Notes: generated by a model from the letters alone, not told the origin. A stretch of DNA of 64,000 nucleotides from an uncultured Holophaga sp. (GCA_963664825.1 OY761614.1:544001-608000), one strand, 5' to 3'; positions 1 to 9,634 are shown, counted from the stretch's first letter. Translations and numbers: made by a program.

Positions 1-1
1 C

Positions 2-1615
2 TGGTGGCACAAGGCGGCGGAAGCCGTGCGCAGCGGACGCACGCGACGCTTTGGCCTCATCACCACCAATAGCCTGACCCAGACATTCAACCGGCGCGTC
101 ATCGCCCACCATTGCGGCGCGAAGAAACAGCCCCTCAAGCTCCTCTGGGCCATCCCCGATCATCCCTGGGCCGACGAGGGGGCCGCCGTTCGCATCGCCA
201 TGACCGTGGGCGGGCGCGAGGGCAAGCCTTGGCTGGGGCACGTGGTGGAGGAGCGCAGCGCGGACACACCTGAGGCCGAAGCGGAGGCCGTGAGGGTGGA
301 AGGGCACGGCGTGGAGGTCATCCACGAGGACCTGAGTGCGGGCGTGAACGTAACTTCCGCACTTCCCCTTCTCGCCAACGGCGGCTTGTCCAGTCGGGGC
401 ATGATCCCTTACGGCGAAGGCTACTTGGTCTCCTCGGAGCAGGCCGCCGCATGGAAGCAGCCGCAGATCTTGAAGCCTTACTGCAATGGGAAAGACCTTA
501 CCGACAAACCACGCGGGGCATGGATTATCGACTTCTTCGGCATGACGGAGAAGGAAGCCAGGGATGCTGCTCCTGCCGCCTTTCAGCACCTCTATGAGAC
601 CGTCAGAATCCAGCGGGCGAGTGCGGGGACGAAGGGGGTTGCGGACAATTGGTGGGCCTTCTGGCGGCCACGTTCGGAACTGCGTTTGGCGTTGAGGGAG
701 GTTCGGCGTTACATCGTCACTCCGCAGGTGGCCAAACATCGTGTCTTCCAATTCCTCGCCGGCGACGTTGTTCCCGACGACAAACTCATCGCCATCGCTC
801 TGGATGACGCGTGGTCCCTTGGCATCCTGGAATCCGGGGTTCACAAGGCTTGGGCCACTGCCAACCGAGGAAACATGGGCGTTGGCAACGATCCCGTCTA
901 CAACAAGACCTCCTGCTTTGACGCGTTCCCCTTCCCGGAAACCAGCGAGGCGCAGAAGGCGGCCATCCGCGATCTCGCCGAGCGTCTGGACGCTCACCGC
1001 AAGGCGGCCCAGGGCCGGGGCGTGACGATTACGCAGATGTACAACCTCCTCCAGAAGCTCCGCGCCGGGGAGGCCTTCACGCCCAAGGAACGCGATCAGC
1101 ACGGCGCGGCCCAGACGGAGATCCTGCGCCAGCTTCACGACGAACTGGATGCCGCCGTTCTGGAAGCCTACGACTGGCCCGCCGGGATGGAGGACGCCGA
1201 GATCCTGGAGCGCCTCGTGACCCTCAACCAAGAGCGGGCCCAGGAGGAGAAGCTCGGCCTCATCCGCTGGCTTCGTCCCGAATACCAGGCCCCCGAAGCC
1301 GCCATTCCCCTGGTCCAGCCCATGCTGGAGACCGAACCGGCCGCAGATTTTGAGTCTATTGCCTCGACCGTGCCCGTTGAGGCCCAGCCCTGGCCCAAGG
1401 AACTCAAGGCCCAGCTCGCCGCCTTGCGGGACCTGTTCCAGGCCTCCGACCGCCTCTGGGACCTGGAGGGCATCGCCAGCGCCTTCAAGAGCCGGGGCCG
1501 CTACCGGGAGAGCATCAAAACCCACCTGGATCTCCTGGCCGATCTGGGCATGGTGCACCGGGTGGATACCCCCGCGGGCCCCAGGTGGTGTAGGCCCCAG
1601 GCGGTGGGGGCATGA
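2..1615 (+). CDS. MmeI-like type IIL restriction-modification enzyme, C-terminal part (end of MTase, target recognition domain); 5'-partial
   Basis: Frame open from the window edge (WWHKAAEAV...FGLITTNSLTQ). Motifs RYIVTPQVAKHRVF, CFDAFPFP, LHDELDAAVLEAYDW and IRWLRPEYQ are typical of the MmeI-like family. Confidence 0.85.
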   Translation, partial: WWHKAAEAVRSGRTRRFGLITTNSLTQTFNRRVIAHHCGAKKQPLKLLWAIPDHPWADEGAAVRIAMTVGGREGKPWLGHVVEERSADTPEAEAEAVRVEGHGVEVIHEDLSAGVNVTSALPLLANGGLSSRGMIPYGEGYLVSSEQAAAWKQPQILKPYCNGKDLTDKPRGAWIIDFFGMTEKEARDAAPAAFQHLYETVRIQRASAGTKGVADNWWAFWRPRSELRLALREVRRYIVTPQVAKHRVFQFLAGDVVPDDKLIAIALDDAWSLGILESGVHKAWATANRGNMGVGNDPVYNKTSCFDAFPFPETSEAQKAAIRDLAERLDAHRKAAQGRGVTITQMYNLLQKLRAGEAFTPKERDQHGAAQTEILRQLHDELDAAVLEAYDWPAGMEDAEILERLVTLNQERAQEEKLGLIRWLRPEYQAPEAAIPLVQPMLETEPAADFESIASTVPVEAQPWPKELKAQLAALRDLFQASDRLWDLEGIASAFKSRGRYRESIKTHLDLLADLGMVHRVDTPAGPRWCRPQAVGA

Positions 1616-1641
1616 ACCGCGATTCATTCTGAAGGATCATC

Positions 1642-2604
1642 ATGACTGATCAGCTGCTATTCCGCCTTACGCCAACGGGAGCCTCTTCCATCAAGGGATC
1701 CACCGAGCCCCTCGAGAAGCCCCTCCAAAAGCTCATCGAGGCCAACCTTTACACCCTCCTGGGCGTTTACTTCCTGGCCTCCGAGTTCACCACAGGAAAA
1801 CTACACGGAGGCCGGATCGATTCCATCGGCATCGATGAGAACGGTTGCCCCGTCATCCTGGAATACAAGGCTCGGAGGGACGAGAACGTCATCAGCCAGG
1901 GCCTCTACTACCTGAACTGGCTCATGGATCATCAGGGGGATTTCCAGGTCCTGGTGGAAGATCGCAGGAAGGCCGGAGCCCTTCCGCCCCGCTTCGAAAA
2001 GATCGAGATTGATTTCAAGGCCTCCAGGGTGCTCTGCATCGCAGGGGACTTCACCAAATTCGACGTTCACGCCGTGCAGCAGATCAACCGGAACCTGGAA
2101 CTGATACGGTATGTCCGCTTCGGGGAGGACCTGCTTTCCCTGGAGCTGATCAACGGCGAGGAACTCAGCCAGCCGACCCCGGAAGCGTCCGCACCGCCTC
2201 CGCCTGGGATTGATGCCTTGCCCGGCCAGGAGGGTGGCGCGCACACAGCGACAACGGTGAGCCAATATATGGCGTCGGCTCCCCAGGAGCTTATCGCCTT
2301 GTACGAAGCCTTAAGGGAGCACCTGCTTGGGATTGCCGAGGATGTGAAAGAGAAAGTGAACCTCGATTACATCGCCTTCAGGCGGCTGAAGAATTTTGCC
2401 TGCGTCGAGGTTCACCCCCAGACGAAACGCATTCTGGTATTTCTGAAAGTAGACCCGGCTGTGCTTGCACTGGAAAAGGACTTCTCCCGGGATGTGCGGA
2501 AGATCGGCCATTTCGGAACGGGCGACCTTGAACTCAGCCTCCGCTCTATGGAGGATCTGGAAAAGGCCAAAAGCCTCATTCAGCAGAGCTACGACGCCAG
2601 TTAG
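1642..2604 (+). CDS. NucS/DUF91-like PD-(D/E)XK nuclease fused to C-terminal DUF5655
   Basis: GRIDSIGIDENGCPVILEYK...QGLYY nuclease motif; C-terminal YIAFRRLKNF...RDVRKIGHFGTGDLE. Confidence 0.75.
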   Translation: MTDQLLFRLTPTGASSIKGSTEPLEKPLQKLIEANLYTLLGVYFLASEFTTGKLHGGRIDSIGIDENGCPVILEYKARRDENVISQGLYYLNWLMDHQGDFQVLVEDRRKAGALPPRFEKIEIDFKASRVLCIAGDFTKFDVHAVQQINRNLELIRYVRFGEDLLSLELINGEELSQPTPEASAPPPPGIDALPGQEGGAHTATTVSQYMASAPQELIALYEALREHLLGIAEDVKEKVNLDYIAFRRLKNFACVEVHPQTKRILVFLKVDPAVLALEKDFSRDVRKIGHFGTGDLELSLRSMEDLEKAKSLIQQSYDAS

Positions 2605-2616
2605 AAGTGGCCGAGG

Positions 2617-2900
2617 GTGCAGGCCGCGAACCAGGACCGCGCCACGCTGCGCTTCGAGACGCCTCCGGGGCGCCAGATGCAGATCTATTTCGGGGAGAAG
2701 CGGATCGAGGTAGCCAGGGATCGGACGAAGGCGTTCGTGTTCGTGGCGACGCTGGGCTACTTGCGTCGGACCGATGTCCAGGTGTTTCCGGCCATGGAGC
2801 AGCGCCACTGGCTGGAGGGTCTGGAGGGCGCACTGCACCACTTCGGCGGGGTGCCGGAGACCGGCCTCGTAGACAAGGCCCGCAGCGTTTTCGACCTCAC
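2617..2900 (+). pseudogene. istA: IS21-family IstA transposase internal fragment
   Basis: RFETPPGRQMQIYFG...FVATLGYLRR...HFGGVPETGLVD matches the IstA core. First catalytic Asp appears replaced by Tyr; no N-terminal HTH and no istB. End coordinate approximate. Confidence 0.8.
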
Positions 2901-2978
2901 AGAGAAGAAACGCCAGGAGGCACCGACCATGCCTCCCTTTAATACCGATTCGCATTCAATAATCGAGAATGTAGTCGG

Positions 2979-3096
2979 GCGTTCGAAGTCGCTCCGCATC
3001 GCAGCCTCGGCCCTCGTCGCACCCCCTTCGGGGGCAGGCCGGTCTGCGCTGCTGCGCTTGACGCGCTCTGCTTCGCAGATCGCTAGCTTCGAACGC
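2979..3096. repeat. Multi-branched palindromic element
   Basis: Outer 10-bp IR gcgttcgaag/cttcgaacgc; inner hairpins cccc-ttcg-gggg and tctgc-ttc-gcaga. Confidence 0.6.
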
Positions 3097-3201
3097 ACCC
3101 TGATATAAGCGCTGTAGGACACCGATAGCACAATAGTTTGATAAATATCGTATCAACACAGCATCCATGGAATACCCTGGTGGAGTTCCCCTTCCATCGG
3201 A

Positions 3202-6200
3202 ATGTCCATGCTAGAAACAGCGCCTACTCAAAAATCCATCGAGCTAGTCCATGACCCAGTGATCTGTTGGGCAGCAGAACACTGTGGAATCCCGTTGATC
3301 CGTTCTTGCCGAATCACCAACGTCACCGGAACCCTTCTGGTCGAAGCCATAGCCCACATCCAACTTCTGCCGGACCTGGGAGAGGCGCTATTGGTCCCCC
3401 TGCCCCAATTGGCGGCAGGAGAAACCTTCGACCTCGGGCGAATTGATTACCGCCTGCCACCGGGAAGCCTTCGCCAAGTGGTGGAGCTGGAACGAGCCGA
3501 GTTCCAGATCCGGATCATGAAGGGTAGTGAGACGATTGCGGATTATCGCTCACCCGTTGAGGTGCTTCCATGCCACCAGTGGCCGGGGATGCGCATGCCG
3601 ACGGGCTTGCTCACATCCTTCATCACCCCCAACCAGCCTGTTGTCTCGCAGATTCTCAAACGCACTTCGGATCGACTCCGCCAGGTTGAAGGTAGTGCCG
3701 CCATTCTTGGCTATCAGGCGAAAAATCCCAACTCGGTACGCGCCCAGGTAGTGGCCCTAATCCAGACCCTCCAGTCCCTGGGACTGAGCTACATAGGCAT
3801 CCCAGCGAGCTTTGAACGGAGCGGTCAAAAGGTTCGTTTCCCTGACATGATCCTGCGCGATCAGATGGCCAACTGCCTCGATATGACGCTGCTGGCGGCA
3901 GCTTGCCTGGAGCAGATGGAGCTGCGCCCCCTCGTAATCTTCATCGAAGGGCATGCTTTCCCCGGTGTATGGCTGGTGGAGGACCGTTTCCCCGAGGGGG
4001 TGGTTGAAGACGCGGCACGACTTCGCAACCTCATGGCCCTCGACCAGATTCTCGTCTGGGATTCAAGTGCCACCATGGAGCAACCACCGGCATCCTTCGC
4101 CCAAATTCAAGCCTTGGCTGAGAAAAACCTGGCCACAGACGAGAAGTTTGGGTTTGCTCTCGATGTCCGGGTCATGCGATTGGAGCGATTCCTACCGCTC
4201 CCCTTGCGCGAGGCGTTTCAGGACCAGCAGCCTCCTGCACGATCAGCTGGAGAGGGAATGCCTGCGAGGGACGAGCTGAGGGAACTTCTCGCAGCAGTGG
4301 CCCGAGAGGGTGCGCGATGCGAGGAACCTGAAATTGCCGTCACGGCTCCCCAAATCGTTGGGCGCTGGCAGCGATGGAAGGATCGCCTGCTCGACCTTTC
4401 CTTGCGGAACCGCCTTCTTAATTTCAGGCCCGCCGGGGCCTCGGCTTTGCCACTCGAAGTTCCGGACGTTTCGAAATTTGAGGACCTCCTTGCGGACAAC
4501 AAGGTCTTTGAGCTACTCGCGAAACCTCCTCAGGACAGCCGAGACGAGCGAGATCTGAGACTGCTGGCCCAGCGCGAGGACACCGATGGCTGGAAGGCTC
4601 AGCGGATGGCCGACCTCAACGGACGTATCCTCCACAGCAGTCTCACACCAGGAGAATTCATCAAGCATGCCAAAGACTTGGAAACCCTCGCTCGCACCGA
4701 TCTGGAAGAGGGTGGAGTCTGCACGGTTTTCGTCGCAGTGGGCCTGCTCCGCTGGTTCGAACCCGGAGTTCTCAAGGAACGATTCGCTCCACTAATGCTT
4801 TACCCAGTGCAAATTCTCTTCAACAGACAGCTTCGTCGTGTGTGCCTCCAGCGACTTCCCGAGGATCCAATCCCGAATGTGACCCTCGTAGAGAAGATGC
4901 GCCGAGACTTCAACGTGGATCTGTCCTTCCTGGCCTCACTGGAATCGGACGATTCCGGCCTCGACATCCCTCAGATGCTCCACCGATGCCGGGAGGCCAT
5001 CCAGAGGATCCCGCGATGGGAAATCCTGGAGGACGCCCACCTCGGCCACTTCACCTTCGCCAAATTTCTCATGTGGAAGGACCTGGAGGACAATGCGGAG
5101 GTTCTTCTTAAGAACCCAGTCATTCGGCACCTTGCCACGGATGGCTCCGACGTAATGGCAACCCAGCCAGAAGCCGTTTCCGTCGAGACACTAGAAACCA
5201 TGCCCCCAGGCCAACTGCCTTGCGTGGTCGATGCGGACTCGACCCAGCTATCCGCGGTGGCCTCTGCGCTAGCAGGTCGGAGTTTTGTCCTGCAAGGCCC
5301 TCCGGGAACGGGGAAATCCCAGACCATCGCAAACATCATCGCCTGTGCCCTGGCCAATAACCGTTCCGTACTCTTCGTCTCAGAGAAAATGGCAGCCCTG
5401 GAGGTCGTTCATGCGCGACTTCGGCAGGCGGGCCTGGAGGACTTCTGTCTGGAACTCCACAGCCACAAAGCCCACCGGAAAGGTGTGCTCGAATCCCTAC
5501 AGAAGGTCCTGGAACGAGGGAGTCGGATCTCCCTTAAAGGTTGGGAAGCGCGTGAAACCGAGCTTCAACAACTCCGGGACGAATTGAATCATTACACCGA
5601 AGCACTGCATCGCCCCCGCACCATTGGCTTCAGTCTCTTCGAGGGCAGTTCCATCGCCTACAAGCTTCGCCACAGCGCGGGCTTGACCCTGCATCGGAAC
5701 GATCTTGGCACCCTGGATGGAGAGACCTATAGAAATCTCATGCAGGAAGTGGAAACCTTCGCCCATCGGGCCGAGGCTCTCGGAGTCTGGGCGAACTGCC
5801 CATGGTCAGGCACCGATCCTGGACCATGGAGCTACACAGCACAGGAAGCCGTGGAAGAGCATCTGCGAATCACCCGGCAGGCACTGGCATCCTTGCGCGA
5901 GACAATCCGATCCCTTGGGCAGGACGCAGGCATGGAGTTGCCCACTGCACCCGAGGCGCTTGATGCCTTGACGCTGGTTATCATCCAGTTGGACTCTCAT
6001 CCCATCCCCGAAACGGCTCTTGATCCCATCACCTGGGCTCCCCTTCGGGAAGATTTAGAAAATTATCAAACAGCCGTGAAGAGCCTGAATCATCGGCAAG
6101 ACGCCTTGGGTTCCCATTGGCTTCCTGCCCTGCTGGAGCAAGATCTCTCCCCACTCCAGGCCACCTACCAGCAACACGCGAACACCTTCCCGCTGGTCCG

Positions 6201-9111
6201 ATGGATCTTCCTCTGGGGAGCGGCGAGCCATCTCAAGCCTTTGTCGCGATCCGGGCTTCCCATGCCCCTAACCGTCCTCCGTGATCTCGAGGAGGCCCTG
6301 AGCATCCAGCAGAAGCGCCGACGCGTTCAGGAGATCGGATCTTCCTTGTTGCGAAAGCTGAGACCTGCTCCATGGGAGCGGTTGGACTCGATTCAGAACC
6401 AGGCGACAAGCATCCATAAGGCTTTGGGTTTGCTCCAAATCCACATGACACCAGAACCTGCCGCGGCCCTCCTCCACGTCCTCTGGCGTCTACCCGAGGA
6501 CCGGCGGCACGGCCATCGGGTGCGTTTGACCTCGAATTTAGAGGCCTTCCAGGCGCAGGAAGCCAAGCTCTTCAGCGTCCTCGGTTTGAAGTCCAATCAG
6601 GGTGAATGGAGATGGTCGGAAGCCTCCCATCTGGAACGGCTCGAAAATCGGTTGGATGTCTGGGAGGGAAGCCTCTCCGCCTTTAAGGCGTGGTGCTTCT
6701 ACCGGGAGACCGGGCGGAATCTGGAATCCATGGGCTTTTCGGGGGTGGTGGAGGCACACAGCTCAGGCACCCCTCCCAAGAACCTCCTGGACGCGACCGA
6801 ACGGGCTGTTCTCGAACGTTGGTGTGCGGCCATTCGAGACCAGGAACCTGCACTGCGTGGGTTTGAAGGCAGCCACCATCATCGAAAGATCACCCTATTC
6901 CGTGAACTTGACCAAAATTGGATTCAACTGAGTCGATCCTTTGTCACTCGCCAGCTTGAGGCCCGCCTCCCAATTCAGGGTGGAGGCGTATCCGAAAGTT
7001 CGGAGATGGGCATCCTCTTGAGAGAGATCAAGAAGAAGGCCCGCCATATGGCCATTCGAAGACTCCTTCAGGCCATTCCAACCCTGCTCTCCCGATTTAA
7101 ACCTTGCCTCTTGATGAGTCCCCTTTCCGTGGCTCAGTATCTGCCTGCAGAGGGGAAGCCCTTTGATCTCTTGGTATTTGACGAGGCCTCCCAGATCACA
7201 ACGCACGATGCTATCGGCGCACTGGCCCGAGGCAATCAGGTCATTGTGGTAGGTGACTCAAAACAGCTTCCACCCACGAGTTTCTTCGCACGCAACATGG
7301 ACGAAGAAGTCGCATTGGACGATAACGACGTCACCGAGTTGGAGAGCATTCTAGACGAGGCCACCGCCAAGCAGTTCCCCCAGCAACTCCTAGGCTGGCA
7401 TTACCGCAGCCGGCACCACGCTCTGATCGATTTCAGCAATCGGCACTACTACGACGGCCGTCTTAACGTCTTTCCTGCAGCAGCTCGAAAGGTCGACAAT
7501 CTCGGAATCGCCTGGCACCCAGTTCCAGATGGTGTGTATTTCAGCTCAGGCTGCGAACCCAGGAACTTCGAGCGCACAAACCCCGTCGAAGCGGAGCGCC
7601 TGGTGGACCACCTTGTCCAAACGCTCCGGAAAACCCCCGCTGAAACCCGGACTTTCGGGGTCGTCACCTTCTCCATGTCCCAGCAGCGTCTGATCCAGGA
7701 ACTCCTGGATGAACAGCGGGCTCGTTTCCCGGAAATCGAAACACACTTCCAGAGTGCAGAACCCGTCTTCATCAAGAACCTTGAGAATGTTCAAGGGGAT
7801 GAGCGAGATGAAATTCTCTTCAGTATTGGATATGCGAAGGATCAGAAGGGAAGGCTTCGCATGCACTTCGGCCCGTTGAGCGTCTCCGGTGGTGAGCGCC
7901 GCCTGAACGTAGCCATCACCCGGGCCAGGTGTCAGCTTAGGGTGTTCAGTACGCTCACTCACGACCAGATCGATCTGAGCCGAACGACCGCCCGAGGCGC
8001 CGAGCACCTGCGGGCCTTTCTCCAGTTTGCCGCCCAGCAGGGCTCTCCGGGGATCTCCGACCGACCTCCTGCAAGATTCGCGAGTTCTTTCGAGCAAGAG
8101 ATCGGGGCAGCGGTGGAGGCCATGGGCTTCGAAGTCCACACCCAAATCGGCTGCGGCGAATATCGCATCGATCTCGCGGTGGTAGACCCCAAGCAGGAGG
8201 GGCGCTTCATGCTTGGCATTGAATGCGATGGTCCGGCCTACCGGTCGGCACTGTCTGCAAGGGATCGGGACCGCCTCCGTCACCAAGTTTTGGAGGGACT
8301 GGGATGGCGGTTGCATCGCATCTGGTCCGCGGATTGGGTCGAAGCCCAGCCTAAAGAGATCCAACGACTGCGTGAAGCCCTGGATTCCGCCCGCCAACCG
8401 CTGCCAGCCCCGGTCATCCCTGCCTCTGTTCCTCTCCCAGCACTTTCCCCCGAATTTCCGCAGAAATCGGAAACCGTTGTCTACAATTCCGGTCAAACCC
8501 TCCAGAGGGTTTCTAAGAATGCACCCGTCTATTCAGCCACCCCCACCCTGCCCAGTGGAACGCCCTACCGGGAGGTCGTTCTCGCACCCCTGGACTCAGA
8601 GAGCCCAGAGGGTTTCTACTTGCCCGAAAGCCAGTTCATCACGCGATCTTGTGTCCTGGAGATCCTAGCAACCGAATCGCCCCTTCACAGGGATGATCTT
8701 GATGGGAAGGTCGTACGGAGCTGGGGGTGGTCCGCCCTTACGAAGCGCGGGAGGAGTCAGATGGACCTGATCCTGGCTTGGATGACCTCGATGAAGGAGC
8801 TCAGGTGCCAGGGTGACGTTGTCTGGGGGTACGAACAGGATTCCGCCGCGTTTAAGGGGTTCCGGACACCTGGCCCCTCGGGTCCCCGAGAGGCCGACCG
8901 GATTCCCCCCGAAGAAATAGCCAATGCCATGGCCGTAATCATCCAGGCCAATATCGCCCTGGAGGAAGAACCCCTTCTCAAGGAAACTGCCAGACTGCTT
9001 GGCTACCGTCGGGTCACCAGCAAGACCACCGATGCCCTCAGATCAGGCCTTCCCCTCCTGCTCCGGCAAGGTTCCTTTCTTAGAGATGGGGTCATCATCA
9101 AGCAAGCCTGA
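3202..9111 (+). CDS. DUF4011 + SF1 (Upf1-like) helicase + Vsr/MTES_1575-like nuclease + DUF3320 protein; Hhe-like anti-phage candidate
   Basis: WKDRLLDLSLRNRLLNF (DUF4011), QGPPGTGKSQT, FDEASQ, VGDSKQLPP, HYRS, NVQGDERD, RRLNVAITRA, YRIDLAV...GIECDG...RDRDRLR...LGW. Visibly more A/T-ending codons than the core genes. Confidence 0.85.
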   Translation: MSMLETAPTQKSIELVHDPVICWAAEHCGIPLIRSCRITNVTGTLLVEAIAHIQLLPDLGEALLVPLPQLAAGETFDLGRIDYRLPPGSLRQVVELERAEFQIRIMKGSETIADYRSPVEVLPCHQWPGMRMPTGLLTSFITPNQPVVSQILKRTSDRLRQVEGSAAILGYQAKNPNSVRAQVVALIQTLQSLGLSYIGIPASFERSGQKVRFPDMILRDQMANCLDMTLLAAACLEQMELRPLVIFIEGHAFPGVWLVEDRFPEGVVEDAARLRNLMALDQILVWDSSATMEQPPASFAQIQALAEKNLATDEKFGFALDVRVMRLERFLPLPLREAFQDQQPPARSAGEGMPARDELRELLAAVAREGARCEEPEIAVTAPQIVGRWQRWKDRLLDLSLRNRLLNFRPAGASALPLEVPDVSKFEDLLADNKVFELLAKPPQDSRDERDLRLLAQREDTDGWKAQRMADLNGRILHSSLTPGEFIKHAKDLETLARTDLEEGGVCTVFVAVGLLRWFEPGVLKERFAPLMLYPVQILFNRQLRRVCLQRLPEDPIPNVTLVEKMRRDFNVDLSFLASLESDDSGLDIPQMLHRCREAIQRIPRWEILEDAHLGHFTFAKFLMWKDLEDNAEVLLKNPVIRHLATDGSDVMATQPEAVSVETLETMPPGQLPCVVDADSTQLSAVASALAGRSFVLQGPPGTGKSQTIANIIACALANNRSVLFVSEKMAALEVVHARLRQAGLEDFCLELHSHKAHRKGVLESLQKVLERGSRISLKGWEARETELQQLRDELNHYTEALHRPRTIGFSLFEGSSIAYKLRHSAGLTLHRNDLGTLDGETYRNLMQEVETFAHRAEALGVWANCPWSGTDPGPWSYTAQEAVEEHLRITRQALASLRETIRSLGQDAGMELPTAPEALDALTLVIIQLDSHPIPETALDPITWAPLREDLENYQTAVKSLNHRQDALGSHWLPALLEQDLSPLQATYQQHANTFPLVRWIFLWGAASHLKPLSRSGLPMPLTVLRDLEEALSIQQKRRRVQEIGSSLLRKLRPAPWERLDSIQNQATSIHKALGLLQIHMTPEPAAALLHVLWRLPEDRRHGHRVRLTSNLEAFQAQEAKLFSVLGLKSNQGEWRWSEASHLERLENRLDVWEGSLSAFKAWCFYRETGRNLESMGFSGVVEAHSSGTPPKNLLDATERAVLERWCAAIRDQEPALRGFEGSHHHRKITLFRELDQNWIQLSRSFVTRQLEARLPIQGGGVSESSEMGILLREIKKKARHMAIRRLLQAIPTLLSRFKPCLLMSPLSVAQYLPAEGKPFDLLVFDEASQITTHDAIGALARGNQVIVVGDSKQLPPTSFFARNMDEEVALDDNDVTELESILDEATAKQFPQQLLGWHYRSRHHALIDFSNRHYYDGRLNVFPAAARKVDNLGIAWHPVPDGVYFSSGCEPRNFERTNPVEAERLVDHLVQTLRKTPAETRTFGVVTFSMSQQRLIQELLDEQRARFPEIETHFQSAEPVFIKNLENVQGDERDEILFSIGYAKDQKGRLRMHFGPLSVSGGERRLNVAITRARCQLRVFSTLTHDQIDLSRTTARGAEHLRAFLQFAAQQGSPGISDRPPARFASSFEQEIGAAVEAMGFEVHTQIGCGEYRIDLAVVDPKQEGRFMLGIECDGPAYRSALSARDRDRLRHQVLEGLGWRLHRIWSADWVEAQPKEIQRLREALDSARQPLPAPVIPASVPLPALSPEFPQKSETVVYNSGQTLQRVSKNAPVYSATPTLPSGTPYREVVLAPLDSESPEGFYLPESQFITRSCVLEILATESPLHRDDLDGKVVRSWGWSALTKRGRSQMDLILAWMTSMKELRCQGDVVWGYEQDSAAFKGFRTPGPSGPREADRIPPEEIANAMAVIIQANIALEEEPLLKETARLLGYRRVTSKTTDALRSGLPLLLRQGSFLRDGVIIKQA

Positions 9112-9302
9112 GACCCCTAGCTCTCGTTGAATTTTCGCAGGGACAGCCCTTTCTGGAGCTGGACCTCGTCGCTGGTTGTGCCGTACCTCCACCTCTAATT
9201 GTCAGGAGGCTACGCACATTGCTGATTGACGCTGGTCACTCGTGCCAGCGGGCTTCCGAGAGGAGCGCCGCTATAACATCGCGCCGGGGCAACCACCGGC
9301 GA

Positions 9303-9335
9303 GCTATCGGACAGCACGATGTGCTGTCCGATAGC
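9303..9335. repeat. Perfect 15-bp inverted repeat with 3-nt loop
   Basis: gctatcggacagcac-gat-gtgctgtccgatagc. Confidence 0.85.
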
Positions 9336-9439
9336 CGGGAGGCTCCATCTCTGCGATCCGGCGAAGCCGGGGAGCAGGAGCCCGCATGCGGGCGATAGAT
9401 GGAGGGGCGCAGCCCCTGCCGAGGGGCCTATTTTCGTAC

Positions 9440-9586
9440 AGTGAAACGCCCCGAGGCAGGGGCGTTTCGTGAGGGATGATTTGGCGGGGTTGGTTTGGTG
9501 GGAAGTTTGAGCGGGAGTCCCCGCGTGCGGGAACTGGTTTGAGAGGTGAGACAGAAGGTGGCGGGAAGCCCCCGGAGGGGCACCTC
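9440..9586 (-). ncRNA. Candidate ~145-nt small RNA with repeated UCCC(G/A)C motifs
   Basis: TAGACT -10-like hexamer at 9593-9598 (minus strand), 5' stem GAGGUG/CACCUC, 5-6 motif copies and a terminal hairpin. Prediction only. Confidence 0.35.
9443..9468. terminator. Hairpin, possible bidirectional terminator
   Basis: gaaacgcccc-gaggca-ggggcgtttc between convergent units; U-tracts are weak. Confidence 0.6.
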
Positions 9587-9634
9587 ACGAACAGTCTAGT
9601 CCCCGCTCCCCCCCTGCGCCAGCTTGGATTGGCC

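Noticed and set aside
2979..3096. Canonical integron attC site
   Set aside because: Lacks RYYYAAC/GTTRRRY ends and no integron integrase is in the window; kept only as an unclassified structured element.
9517..9534. Motif resembling a type I-E CRISPR repeat core (gttcccgcacgcggggac, minus strand)
   Set aside because: Single copy, no spacers, no cas genes.
9500..9615. 6S RNA or tRNA at the island border
   Set aside because: No cloverleaf or T-loop; too short and lacking the central bubble and conserved blocks of 6S.
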